Below, piece after piece: positions 23,689 to 32,000 of a stretch of 32,000 bases of DNA. The first letter of the stretch is position 1, and every line of letters begins with the position of its first letter. Source of the DNA: Candidatus Lokiarchaeum ossiferum. Its GTDB lineage: Archaea > Asgardarchaeota > Lokiarchaeia > Sigyniarchaeales > Promethearchaeaceae. Under the pieces are notes generated by a model. That model made no database searches. It was not told the DNA's origin and was given only the letters and a program-made list of their open reading frames with translations. The position numbers and the translations under genes are program-made. The stretch lies in NCBI GenBank assembly GCA_025839675.1, contig CP104013.1, positions 4,830,001 to 4,862,000 of the forward strand. Reading direction: 5' to 3'.

Positions 23689-26601
23689 GCGCAGAACTTC
23701 AATAATGCTCCATTTTTCCACTTTTCTGGTAATAAAGAACATTCCTACTATGGAGATTGTAATTGACACTAAGAATGTGCTTAGGAGTGTACCGATATTC
23801 ACTGCTGTCACCACTGGCATTTCTGAAATGATGGCAACATTGGTTTGCATTAAATATGCAATTAACCATCCTACAACAGCTCCTAATGAACCGGATGATA
23901 ACATCACAGTTACTGCTTCAAACATCAACATTGATCGCATTTCATGGGGTTTCAACCCCATTGCACGCATTATTCCGATCTCATACATTCTTTCCATTAA
24001 GGTTGAGTACATCGATGCAATAAGTCCAAATAAACTCACTAAAATCGAGAAGAAAAGGATGGCTTGCATGATCAAATTTGAAGTATTGTTATTTTCTTCC
24101 ATCATGTTGATCAAGGTAACTGATTCTTCCAAAAGAAAGTCATAATCGTCTCCAAAGTAGTTTTCAATGTATGTTTGAACATCTTGAATGTTTTCATAAT
24201 CATTATTGGCTAAATTAATAAGGATTTTGTCAATTACCATTTCTGGATCTGTTGGTTCACCCCAATTCATGAGACGGCTATAATCTTCAAGATTTACTAA
24301 TATTCCTGCACCAGTGTTTAAACTTAATTCAGAAGAACGAAAATTCCAGACTCCGGGCATTCCTCTTGATACGCCCACAACGGTAAAGACTGAAATGTTT
24401 TTGTAACCTCCATTGTCTGGATCGCTCATTGTAATACGAATATCTGCAGGTAATTCAGTTATTCCTAAATGATCCGCTAAAATCTTGGCAATAATACAAT
24501 GATTTGAATTTTGCATTACTTGATTTATTGCTTCAGCGGAGCTTCCAGTATCCCGATCCCACATTAAAAGAGATTGATCAACGGTTTCATAATAATTCTC
24601 ATCAATTCCAATTAAACTACTATAAAAACTATTATATCCTCCGATATCACCTATATATGCTTCATATTTCGGAATGTCACCAAATAAATTCCCAAAGAAA
24701 TCTCCCATATCGCCATCAAATCCATCTTCCGACATAGAAAATATCATGGATGTTAGTCTGGTCATATCTAATGAATTATGGTTGATAATGGCTGTATTTT
24801 TAATTCCCGGCAATTCTTGAAGTTCTTCATATAATTTCATGTTGACTGCATCATTTTGATCAGGATTGCCAGAATTCGACATGACCAGATCTGCTCCATA
24901 TTGAAATTGAAGGTTCATGGCTGAATTTGCAGATTGCATTTCTAATTGGGATGATATAAAGAATATAAATGAGAAGGTTAATGAAAACATGACAATTGTG
25001 GAAAGATTACGTCTTCGATATCGATAAAGATTAATTCTATACACTGGATAATATTTTCGCATAAAGGGTTTGAAAATGTTTGCAATTAATCCTTCTAGGA
25101 CAGGAACAAAACCGATCGTAGCAAAAACTAACCCAATTAATACAGCAAGTAACAATCCTATCAATACATAATTGGTTACATTGGGTCCACCAGATCCTGT
25201 AAGTAATCGGGGGAGAATTAAGAAGAGAAAAATCCCCACTGCTGCTATTCCTAATCCAATTCCCATTAATTTTCCATTAATAGTTCCTTCTTTAGTAATT
25301 TTATATTCATCTTTGGTTGAATTTCGACTTGGATCTATCGCATCAGAAATTACCACTTTACCTGCTTTCATTGCTGGGATGATAGATACGATAGATGTGA
25401 CCCCTACTCCAATAAGAATAGATCGTAATATTGTGATAGGAAGGATTATGAAATCTAATGAAATTCTCCACAACTGAAAATACGTAAATGTCCAAGTTAA
25501 TAAGGGCGGTGCCGCAAGAGCTCCTACCAGTGTACCTATAAATGTGCCCAATATTGACATGATAATCCCCGAAATCAACACCATTTTAAATGTGAATTTT
25601 CGCTTTCCCCCTAAAACACGTAAAACTCCAAATTCTCTAACTCTTTCTTCAACCGATGTGGTCAAAATTGAATTAATTAAGATTCCCGTTATTAACATTG
25701 AAAAGAATGAAATAAAACTGAAAGTCATTGTCAAAGTCATTGTCTGCTGTTCAGAGTTCTGTAATTCTTGTAGTTTAGGAAGAGTGACACTAAATTCAAA
25801 ACCTACTTCTATTTGGATTTGCTCGGCTATTAATCTCATTTCTCGCGTTGTTCCCTGAACATCTCGGGTATCATAGATCAATTCTGGATTTGCTAAAGTG
25901 GTGTGTATGGAATTTACCTTTCCTATTTGATTCATAAATTGTTGTAACCAATGTAATTCGAAAATAATAAGGGTTGATTCGATGCGTGAAAATCTTAGGT
26001 CTTGATCAACAATGGCTTGGATTGACAACGATGCCTCGTAGCTCGCATATTTGATATCAATAACATCTCCGACCTTTAAATTAAATAATCTGGCGGCTCC
26101 ACGTGTCAGAATACATGAGCCATCCTTTATTGGACCTTTAAAAAGTTCATCGATTCTATCATATTCTGCATTATCGTCGCATAACCAAAGGTTTCCCATT
26201 GCTCCAGAATCTTGTTCCAAAGTAGAATTAATTCCATAGCCAATAATTTGTTTTTTAATTGTTTTATTAATCTCATTATCAAAATGTGATATTGAGATAA
26301 AAGTGTTCAATCTCGGATAATAAGTCTCAATTCCTTCAATTTTACCCCTTAATCGGTCTTCCACAATATTTTGATCGAAATATGGGTCAAAATTGAAATC
26401 TTGAGCAGAAAGTTTTTGAAAAACAATATCACTTGAACCCGATTCATTTGTTGCTTGATCAAGATATGAATAGCTTAGAGAATCTGCCAAACATCCTACA
26501 ATTGTCAGTAATAAGATTGAGATTGCGATCCCACTGATACCAAAAATAGTTTTGACTTTTTGTCGTTTTAGATCTTGTAATGCGTATTTAAACACGTCCA
26601 T
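23677..26601 (-). CDS. Fused double FtsX/MacB-type ABC permease (10 TM, two large ectodomains)
   Basis: 974 aa. Typical N-terminus YALQDLKRQKVKTIFGISGIAISILLL. There are two repeats of TM + 250-290-aa ectodomain + 3 TM, carrying VEERVREFGVLRVLGG and LMERMYEIGIMRAMGL (ER..E[FI]G..R..G). Two extra linker TMs lie at about res 445-505. Confidence 0.85.
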   Translation of the reverse strand: MDVFKYALQDLKRQKVKTIFGISGIAISILLLTIVGCLADSLSYSYLDQATNESGSSDIVFQKLSAQDFNFDPYFDQNIVEDRLRGKIEGIETYYPRLNTFISISHFDNEINKTIKKQIIGYGINSTLEQDSGAMGNLWLCDDNAEYDRIDELFKGPIKDGSCILTRGAARLFNLKVGDVIDIKYASYEASLSIQAIVDQDLRFSRIESTLIIFELHWLQQFMNQIGKVNSIHTTLANPELIYDTRDVQGTTREMRLIAEQIQIEVGFEFSVTLPKLQELQNSEQQTMTLTMTFSFISFFSMLITGILINSILTTSVEERVREFGVLRVLGGKRKFTFKMVLISGIIMSILGTFIGTLVGALAAPPLLTWTFTYFQLWRISLDFIILPITILRSILIGVGVTSIVSIIPAMKAGKVVISDAIDPSRNSTKDEYKITKEGTINGKLMGIGLGIAAVGIFLFLILPRLLTGSGGPNVTNYVLIGLLLAVLIGLVFATIGFVPVLEGLIANIFKPFMRKYYPVYRINLYRYRRRNLSTIVMFSLTFSFIFFISSQLEMQSANSAMNLQFQYGADLVMSNSGNPDQNDAVNMKLYEELQELPGIKNTAIINHNSLDMTRLTSMIFSMSEDGFDGDMGDFFGNLFGDIPKYEAYIGDIGGYNSFYSSLIGIDENYYETVDQSLLMWDRDTGSSAEAINQVMQNSNHCIIAKILADHLGITELPADIRITMSDPDNGGYKNISVFTVVGVSRGMPGVWNFRSSELSLNTGAGILVNLEDYSRLMNWGEPTDPEMVIDKILINLANNDYENIQDVQTYIENYFGDDYDFLLEESVTLINMMEENNNTSNLIMQAILFFSILVSLFGLIASMYSTLMERMYEIGIMRAMGLKPHEMRSMLMFEAVTVMLSSGSLGAVVGWLIAYLMQTNVAIISEMPVVTAVNIGTLLSTFLVSITISIVGMFFITRKVEKWSIIEVLRSTF

Positions 26602-29600
26602 TGTTGCTGTTATCCTCCTTTTTGCTTATAATTTTCTCTGTAATCTCTTTAAATTGCTTCGTTGGTATCTTATTTGCTATATCCTCAATTAATTCTTCTT
26701 CTTTTTCAAATGAATCAGTGATTTGATTGTCGTGTTCTCGGGAAGATATGATCTCTTGTTTCGCCTTTGAAAAGTCTTTCAGGAGTAATAGTTCACACGA
26801 TTTACATTTATGGCCTGTGGATTCTTCGTCAAAATAACTCCACTTCTTACAAGCGGGACAAAATTTGGCAATGAACAAATTATCTTTCTTACATGACGGA
26901 CAAAATATTTCAAAATCAGGGGCCAAATAGTATTTTTTGCATTTCTTGCAATAGAGTTTATAGGGTTGGTCTTTTTCCCAATTTGGATCGGTTTGACTTG
27001 AGATTATTTCAGCTTCTTGAAAATTCTGATTTTTCTCAAATTTCCGTTGATTATACCGCTCTATCATTGATAGGCTTTTAATAATTTCACCCGCTAAAAG
27101 TTTCTTCTTAATTTTTCTCTCATGAAGAATTTTTGCTCCTACCATTATTCCGATAAGTGCGATTCCTGCTGAAATCATTACTATTCCAAGTGTGGATATC
27201 GGATTGTGAACTTCTACGACTATTTTTTCTACCTCACGATTTCCTTGGATATCTACAACAACACAAATAATTTCTATTTTTTCTCCATTTTCAAATTCAG
27301 TGGTATCTAAACTATATATTATTTTATTATCAATTATATCAACTTCATAGAGGTTATTATTTATCCAAAATTCTGTTCGACTGTTATCTATGGATGAATC
27401 ATCTAGAATTAATATTTCAATAGAAATTTCTCCCGAAATTTCATCTCCACTTTCAAGTCCGATGAATTGAATTGTTGGGGGTAAATAATCTTTCGTATGG
27501 TTCATATCTATGACTAAATTAGAAATTTTCCAGCCAGAATTCGCAATTTGGGTTCCAATATCATCTGAGGTAAATTTAAACCGGAAAATTGCTTCACTTC
27601 CCATAAAATCGGATATATCAATCGAAACCTTCTCTATACCTGTTCCTTTTGTGTCTTCATCATAGGTGTGTAATCGTTTCCATGATTTTCCAACATCAAC
27701 TGAAATAAAAACTTCTGCATAATCTCCATATTCTTCTCCATCTGTCTCAAAACGAAGTCGATGTTCAAAGTTCAAGAAAATTTCATTCGTTCCTTCCAAT
27801 TTTATTAGAGGTGAGATCAAATTTGCAGTTATATTATGTCCATAACCCAAGTAATTTCCTTCTCCGCAGTACCAGCTTCCTTGAACTTTCTTGTTTTCGA
27901 AAATTGTTGGTTGATGCCAGCTACTATTAGATTTAACCCACAATGACGGTGTGTTTGGAGAATTTGCTTCGATTATTGTCCATAATTCAGGTTTTATTTC
28001 CGTTGTTATTGGAAAATTTTCTGCAGTGGCTTCTTTAAATTGAAGTTCTGATTGCCATGCTGTAGATTTTTCATATTTACCATCAAAAGCAATAAATCTA
28101 AAACTTGTGTTATGCATTAAATACACTGAAATTACACAAACAAACACAATTTCATTCCGAATATCCATTGAATTCATTTTCTTTGGATTATATCGACCAT
28201 ATTTGTTTGTCATGTTATAAATATTCTCGTCAATTTCGAGATTTACCCATAAAGGCATATCACCATCTAAATCAGAATACGCAACTTGGAAGGTATAGGT
28301 TCCGAATTTCGTTTCTGTATTAGATTCAAAGAAAGGTTGGTCAACATTAGGTTGCGATAAATCATGAACAGGTGAAAGAATTGGAGAATACATATTTATA
28401 CCAGAAATATCCTCTATTGTAAAATGATCTAACATTACTCCTCCGCCATATACTTCATTTTTATTTTCCCAATGTGTGAGGAACCGAATTTGAGTGTAGT
28501 TGTTCATATGTTCGGATAAATCATATTCTCGATAAATCCAATCACTTTCTATATCGCTAAAATAATCAAGTTGTTCCCATCCGGTTCGATTTATTCTAAT
28601 TTCGATTGAAAAATCATCCAGTTCTCCAAGACTTAAACGGAATCCAATTTTTAATGTGGGGTTGATCGATTCACTCTCATTTAAAAATACAATAGGGGAT
28701 GTTAATTCATAGGTTTCGGAAGTATTGCCAGTATAATATATGGGTTTTTGGTCTATTTCAAATACTGATCCATTAAAACCTTCTAAGTGAGAATATCCAC
28801 AATATAATGCTTTCCATGAATTCTCGCTTTCCGACACATTGCGAAATTCTAACGTGTCTGAAACCGAAATATGGTTCCATCCTGCAACGGAAGGTGTTGT
28901 CATATCTTGAAATATTATGTTTTTTTGTTCATTATCCAGATCCCAAAGTTTATCTTCATGATCAAAATCTGTTGTATATCCATAATCTGCTTGATTATGA
29001 ATTGGGTTGATAAAAATCACATTTTCGTCTGGATCTACATAATCTGTCTGATATTCTCCTATAATAGATGTGAAATTATATGAAAATGAACCTGATTGTG
29101 GAAAATCCAGTAGGGCATAGTAAAGGCATCCATTAGTATAATTTCTATCAGAAGCGATTCTTTTTATCATAGGTACGGGTCCCATTGAATTATTGAAATG
29201 TATATATAATTCACTTGCGGGATAATTTTCTGCATTGGTATAGTTTACTTCAAAATAATAGCTGTCTAGAATATCTTGATATTCGTAGGAAGATTCAATT
29301 GTGTAATTTGCATTTTGTAATATGGTAGTGTTAGAATAGAGTTGTTCTGTTACATTTAATTCTGCGGTACCCTCTCCAGATATTGCCTTGGCGATCAAAT
29401 AATATGTACTAGTTTCATGAAGGTTGGAATAGTAAAAATATTCATCTATGCCACCTGTTTGAGGTTCTGCTGCAAGAATCACCGGTCGACCATATTGATC
29501 TCCTAAACTATCATACAAGTAGAGATCTGCATCCAAGTCCGCAAAAAATCCGCCTTCAATATTTAATTCGAATCGATATAGTTTATATTGTTCTAAAGTT

Positions 29601-31615
29601 ATATTAATTGCATAAACATGGGTTGCTTGAGGGTCGTCAGATGAACTTGTTAAAGAAATGCCTATAGTATCATTAATGGGGTAACTTCGCGTAAATAGAT
29701 CACCAATTGCTGAAGGGTTTACTCTTCCATAACCCTCATTTAAATCGGCAGTACCACGATTAATTTCTGGTGATTCCAAGGATTCATCGTAAGAAGTGCT
29801 TGGATCATCTTCTCGTTGCAAATTTGTTTCTGAAGCTGTCATGAGAAGCAATGCTTTTGCTCTTAAAGCATCATAACCTGCAGTAGAATTCCCATTTTGC
29901 CACATTCCAAAGAGTTCGACTATATTGCTGTATATACCTGCGACAATTCCCGCAGATACGGAAGTTCCACATATCGGAGATATGTCATTAAGTATCTCTT
30001 CGGTAATTTGTCCATTATCTTCTCCATCATTAGTGTCTGCGGCTAAAATCATTGCGGAATTTTGTAAATAACTCCCTCCTGGTGCGACGATATCAGGTTT
30101 AGCTACATCGTCTGAATCATACCAAAACTTACCTTGACCATCCAAATTTTCACCTTGACTACTATAATAGGTAATTTGATCTTGATCATTTGTTGCTCCT
30201 ACAACAATTGCCTTTTGATTTTTTGCAAGCATATTCATGTTGGAATTGATTCCGTTATTGCCTGCTGCAATAATCACCATTGTACCATTATCAATGACGT
30301 TATCTATCAAACTTGATATTTTTTGAGCAAGTAATTCATCCATATCGAAATTTCCAACGCTAAGAACCGTCACAAAAATACGATATTTCGTATTGTTATG
30401 CCAGACCCATTCTAAAGCAGAAAGTAAATCTGATGAATATCCTAGCCCAGTCGAATTTAAAACTTTTAATGAAGTTATTTTAGTTTCTGGGGCAATACCA
30501 GCGAAATTTGCAAATCCCTTTTCATAATTTTCAGGAGTAAAGGTAATATTAAGTTGGAGATCAAATTGAGGGTTTTTTCCCAGTTCTACTGAATATACAA
30601 TGTAGATGTCAAATAAACCCACTTTTTTACTTTCATCAAAAGGTCCAGAAGTATCCCAAGATACGTCTAAAGAATTAGATGCGCTAGTATTAATTAATTG
30701 ACCATCTTTATAAAATTTTAAATTATATTTCGAGAGATCGATTATATTACTCATCTTTCCCTTAATTTCAAGGTTATCTAATGCTTCAGAGTCCATTTCA
30801 AAGGAAGCTAATTTAAGAGAATAGTCTTGGGGAATAATGTGATGAGGGTAAAAAAGATCAAAATGATTAAACCTACCTCCAACGCTTATATAATATCCAT
30901 CCCCGCTGTGATTCATCTCAAAAGATTTATTTGCAGATCCAACTGCAATGGATGCAATGCTAGTTCCATGTCCATTAGAATCAATTGGTTCTGTCTCATT
31001 TTCTTCTGAAAAATCTTTCCAACCAATAATAGATCTAGAGAAGTTTAAGTCTCCAAACCCATTTTCAAATCCAATGAATGCATCATCAATACCAGTATCT
31101 AAAAATGCAATCGAACCATTAGATGTTCCATTAAATATCATATTATCTCCTACTGTTGCAGGATAGATATTCAGCTGGTCATGAACTGTATTCATCTGAG
31201 TTTGGATCATTGAATCTTCTACAACTGTCATATTAGGGGTTTGAGATGTAAATAATTTTAAGTTACCTTCAGAATTATTTATCTGGCCAGCAAAACCAAC
31301 GATATTTTCCCAAGGACCTTCCATCAAAATACCCCCACAATTGGAAAAGTTGCTTAAAATGTCATTCATATTAGATTCCATAGAATCAAACAAAAAGACA
31401 TATCTATGAGATTCATTATCATAAACTGAGTTATCTTCTAAAATACTCTGAGATTGAATTTGTGTTACTGGAGTTATTATCTCTTCACTTAATTCTATAT
31501 TTTTGTTGGTGGAATAATCCAATGCTTCTGTCAAATCAAAAATTGGTGTTGAAAAGAGAATCATTACAAATATTATGATTATATTCATAGGCTTTTTTTT
31601 AGACAATGCTTTCAT
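26588..31615 (-). CDS. Giant bitopic subtilisin-like (S8) serine protease with PPC-like and duplicated beta-sandwich modules, C-terminal TM and cytoplasmic double zinc ribbon
   Basis: Triad contexts: IAFLDTGID (Asp codon 31099-31097), NGHGTSIASIAVG (His 30970-30968), CGTSVSAGIVAG (Ser 29962-29960). Oxyanion context AAGNNG. N-terminal signal/anchor MKALSKKKPMNIIIIFVMILF. ATG 31615 is preferred because of the ATGA overlap with the upstream stop and GGAGGAG 8 nt upstream; the ORF-track start 31675 has no SD. Confidence 0.9.
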   Translation of the reverse strand: MKALSKKKPMNIIIIFVMILFSTPIFDLTEALDYSTNKNIELSEEIITPVTQIQSQSILEDNSVYDNESHRYVFLFDSMESNMNDILSNFSNCGGILMEGPWENIVGFAGQINNSEGNLKLFTSQTPNMTVVEDSMIQTQMNTVHDQLNIYPATVGDNMIFNGTSNGSIAFLDTGIDDAFIGFENGFGDLNFSRSIIGWKDFSEENETEPIDSNGHGTSIASIAVGSANKSFEMNHSGDGYYISVGGRFNHFDLFYPHHIIPQDYSLKLASFEMDSEALDNLEIKGKMSNIIDLSKYNLKFYKDGQLINTSASNSLDVSWDTSGPFDESKKVGLFDIYIVYSVELGKNPQFDLQLNITFTPENYEKGFANFAGIAPETKITSLKVLNSTGLGYSSDLLSALEWVWHNNTKYRIFVTVLSVGNFDMDELLAQKISSLIDNVIDNGTMVIIAAGNNGINSNMNMLAKNQKAIVVGATNDQDQITYYSSQGENLDGQGKFWYDSDDVAKPDIVAPGGSYLQNSAMILAADTNDGEDNGQITEEILNDISPICGTSVSAGIVAGIYSNIVELFGMWQNGNSTAGYDALRAKALLLMTASETNLQREDDPSTSYDESLESPEINRGTADLNEGYGRVNPSAIGDLFTRSYPINDTIGISLTSSSDDPQATHVYAINITLEQYKLYRFELNIEGGFFADLDADLYLYDSLGDQYGRPVILAAEPQTGGIDEYFYYSNLHETSTYYLIAKAISGEGTAELNVTEQLYSNTTILQNANYTIESSYEYQDILDSYYFEVNYTNAENYPASELYIHFNNSMGPVPMIKRIASDRNYTNGCLYYALLDFPQSGSFSYNFTSIIGEYQTDYVDPDENVIFINPIHNQADYGYTTDFDHEDKLWDLDNEQKNIIFQDMTTPSVAGWNHISVSDTLEFRNVSESENSWKALYCGYSHLEGFNGSVFEIDQKPIYYTGNTSETYELTSPIVFLNESESINPTLKIGFRLSLGELDDFSIEIRINRTGWEQLDYFSDIESDWIYREYDLSEHMNNYTQIRFLTHWENKNEVYGGGVMLDHFTIEDISGINMYSPILSPVHDLSQPNVDQPFFESNTETKFGTYTFQVAYSDLDGDMPLWVNLEIDENIYNMTNKYGRYNPKKMNSMDIRNEIVFVCVISVYLMHNTSFRFIAFDGKYEKSTAWQSELQFKEATAENFPITTEIKPELWTIIEANSPNTPSLWVKSNSSWHQPTIFENKKVQGSWYCGEGNYLGYGHNITANLISPLIKLEGTNEIFLNFEHRLRFETDGEEYGDYAEVFISVDVGKSWKRLHTYDEDTKGTGIEKVSIDISDFMGSEAIFRFKFTSDDIGTQIANSGWKISNLVIDMNHTKDYLPPTIQFIGLESGDEISGEISIEILILDDSSIDNSRTEFWINNNLYEVDIIDNKIIYSLDTTEFENGEKIEIICVVVDIQGNREVEKIVVEVHNPISTLGIVMISAGIALIGIMVGAKILHERKIKKKLLAGEIIKSLSMIERYNQRKFEKNQNFQEAEIISSQTDPNWEKDQPYKLYCKKCKKYYLAPDFEIFCPSCKKDNLFIAKFCPACKKWSYFDEESTGHKCKSCELLLLKDFSKAKQEIISSREHDNQITDSFEKEEELIEDIANKIPTKQFKEITEKIISKKEDNSNNGRV
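26613..26619 (-). promoter_or_regulatory. Shine-Dalgarno AGGAGGA for the permease, embedded in the protease 3' end
   Basis: The reverse complement of tcctcct lies 11 nt upstream of the permease ATG (26601-26599). Confidence 0.55.
26795..26950 (-). other. Cytoplasmic double zinc ribbon (4 x CxxC) of the protease
   Basis: CKKC-x12-CPSC-x10-CPAC-x14-CKSC. The first Cys codon is at 26950-26948. Confidence 0.7.
27125..27199 (-). other. C-terminal transmembrane helix of the protease
   Basis: ISTLGIVMISAGIALIGIMVGAKIL is followed by HERKIKKK (positive-inside). Confidence 0.7.
29900..31130 (-). other. S8 catalytic domain (approximate bounds) containing a ~140-aa insertion after the catalytic His
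   Basis: Asp, His, Asn and Ser motifs appear in subtilase order. HGTSIASIAVGSANK is separated from FAGIAPETKITSLKVL by about 140 residues. Confidence 0.75.
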
Positions 31616-32000
31616 GATCCATTCTCCTCCGTTGTGAGTTCTTCTAAGAATTCTTTTAGATTTTTCTTTTTCCATGCAATATCTCTCAAGGATTGGCCAA
31701 AAAGGAGAGATTCCCTTCTCTCTAATTCTAAATCTTCCCTTGAATATTGTGATTTTTTATAATATGTAAATCCGATTACACTCGCTCCCACAATTATAGG
31801 AAGAATTATAATCAAAATGGATTCAAAATAAGATTGCCTAACCATTATTGTCATAACTGGGCTTTCGATAGTCCTTTTATAAATATAACAATAGTTTAAT
31901 TCTGCAGGGTTGATCTGATAGATTCCATTTTTGTTTAAGGTTCGTAAATGATATGTGAAGGTGATAGAATCACCCGGTTTTAACAATTCATAATTTCTAA
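31612..32000 (-). CDS. C-terminal part of a membrane-anchored surface protein (CARDB/DUF11-like beta-sandwich, TM, short cytoplasmic tail); 5' end outside the window
   Basis: The frame stays open to the window edge. LKPGDSITFTYHLRTLNKNGIYQINPAELNY looks like a CARDB/DUF11-type strand pattern. It is followed by ILIIILPIIVGASVIGFTYY (TM) and a charged tail. Its stop overlaps the protease ATG. Confidence 0.5.
   Translation of the reverse strand, partial: RNYELLKPGDSITFTYHLRTLNKNGIYQINPAELNYCYIYKRTIESPVMTIMVRQSYFESILIIILPIIVGASVIGFTYYKKSQYSREDLELERRESLLFGQSLRDIAWKKKNLKEFLEELTTEENGS
31624..31630 (-). promoter_or_regulatory. Shine-Dalgarno GGAGGAG for the protease
   Basis: The reverse complement of ctcctcc lies 8 nt upstream of ATG 31615, inside the upstream ORF. 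Confidence 0.55.

Noticed and set aside
23705-31166. Many 60-146-aa plus-strand ORFs inside the permease and protease genes, for example 23705-24145, 25172-25477, 25544-25858 and 30948-31166.
   Set aside because: They are antisense shadow ORFs of long, well-supported minus-strand genes. They are low-complexity, lack motifs and lack SDs.
31616-31675. ORF-track start at 31675 for the protease (extra MEKEKSKRILRRTHNGGEWI).
   Set aside because: There is no SD upstream of 31675. ATG 31615 has GGAGGAG 8 nt upstream, forms an ATGA stop-start overlap, and gives a normal signal-anchor N-terminus.
1-32000. Scan for CRISPR repeats, tRNA/rRNA genes, transposase or integrase genes, and toxin-antitoxin or known defence modules.
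   Set aside because: I found no regularly spaced direct repeats, no GC-rich structured islands in the short intergenic regions, and no recognisable mobile-element or defence protein motifs. This is an absence call made by eye only.

Overview
This is a visibly AT-rich, gene-dense archaeal chromosomal window. I support 28 CDSs. By eye I found no rRNA, tRNA, CRISPR array or mobile element. All family calls come from motif recognition in the translated ORFs; no searches or alignments were run.

Layout:
- 68-3864: a VIT1/CCC1-like membrane protein, a DUF47/PhoU-like protein and a REC-PAS-HisKA-HATPase-REC hybrid histidine kinase.
- 4408-13483: a complete A-type (A1Ao) ATP synthase operon in the unusual order K-C-(170-aa coiled-coil protein)-F-E-A-B-D-I. 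It is followed 15 nt later by a small 2-TM zinc-ribbon protein.
- 13985-23688: housekeeping and accessory genes. These are tRNA-splicing endonuclease EndA, a CN-hydrolase, a signal-less RdhA-like protein, an orphan 388-aa protein with formyltransferase-like motifs, a DUF457 hydrolase, a circularly permuted GTPase, a Memo-like protein, a PfkB kinase, a CPBP protease, a metallophosphoesterase and an HD phosphohydrolase.
- 23677-32000, minus strand: a translationally coupled cassette. It encodes a partial surface beta-sandwich protein, then a ~1675-aa bitopic subtilisin (S8) protease with a cytoplasmic double zinc ribbon, then a 974-aa 10-TM double-FtsX (MacB-type) permease. No ATPase gene is in view.

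This cassette is my best candidate for an undescribed system. Second-tier items are the atpF N-terminus, which is encoded upstream of any canonical start codon, and the two extra genes attached to the ATPase operon.

The gene content, GGAGGTGA-type Shine-Dalgarno sites and Asn/Lys-rich giant surface proteins fit an Asgard (Lokiarchaeia-like) archaeon. That lineage call is inference only.
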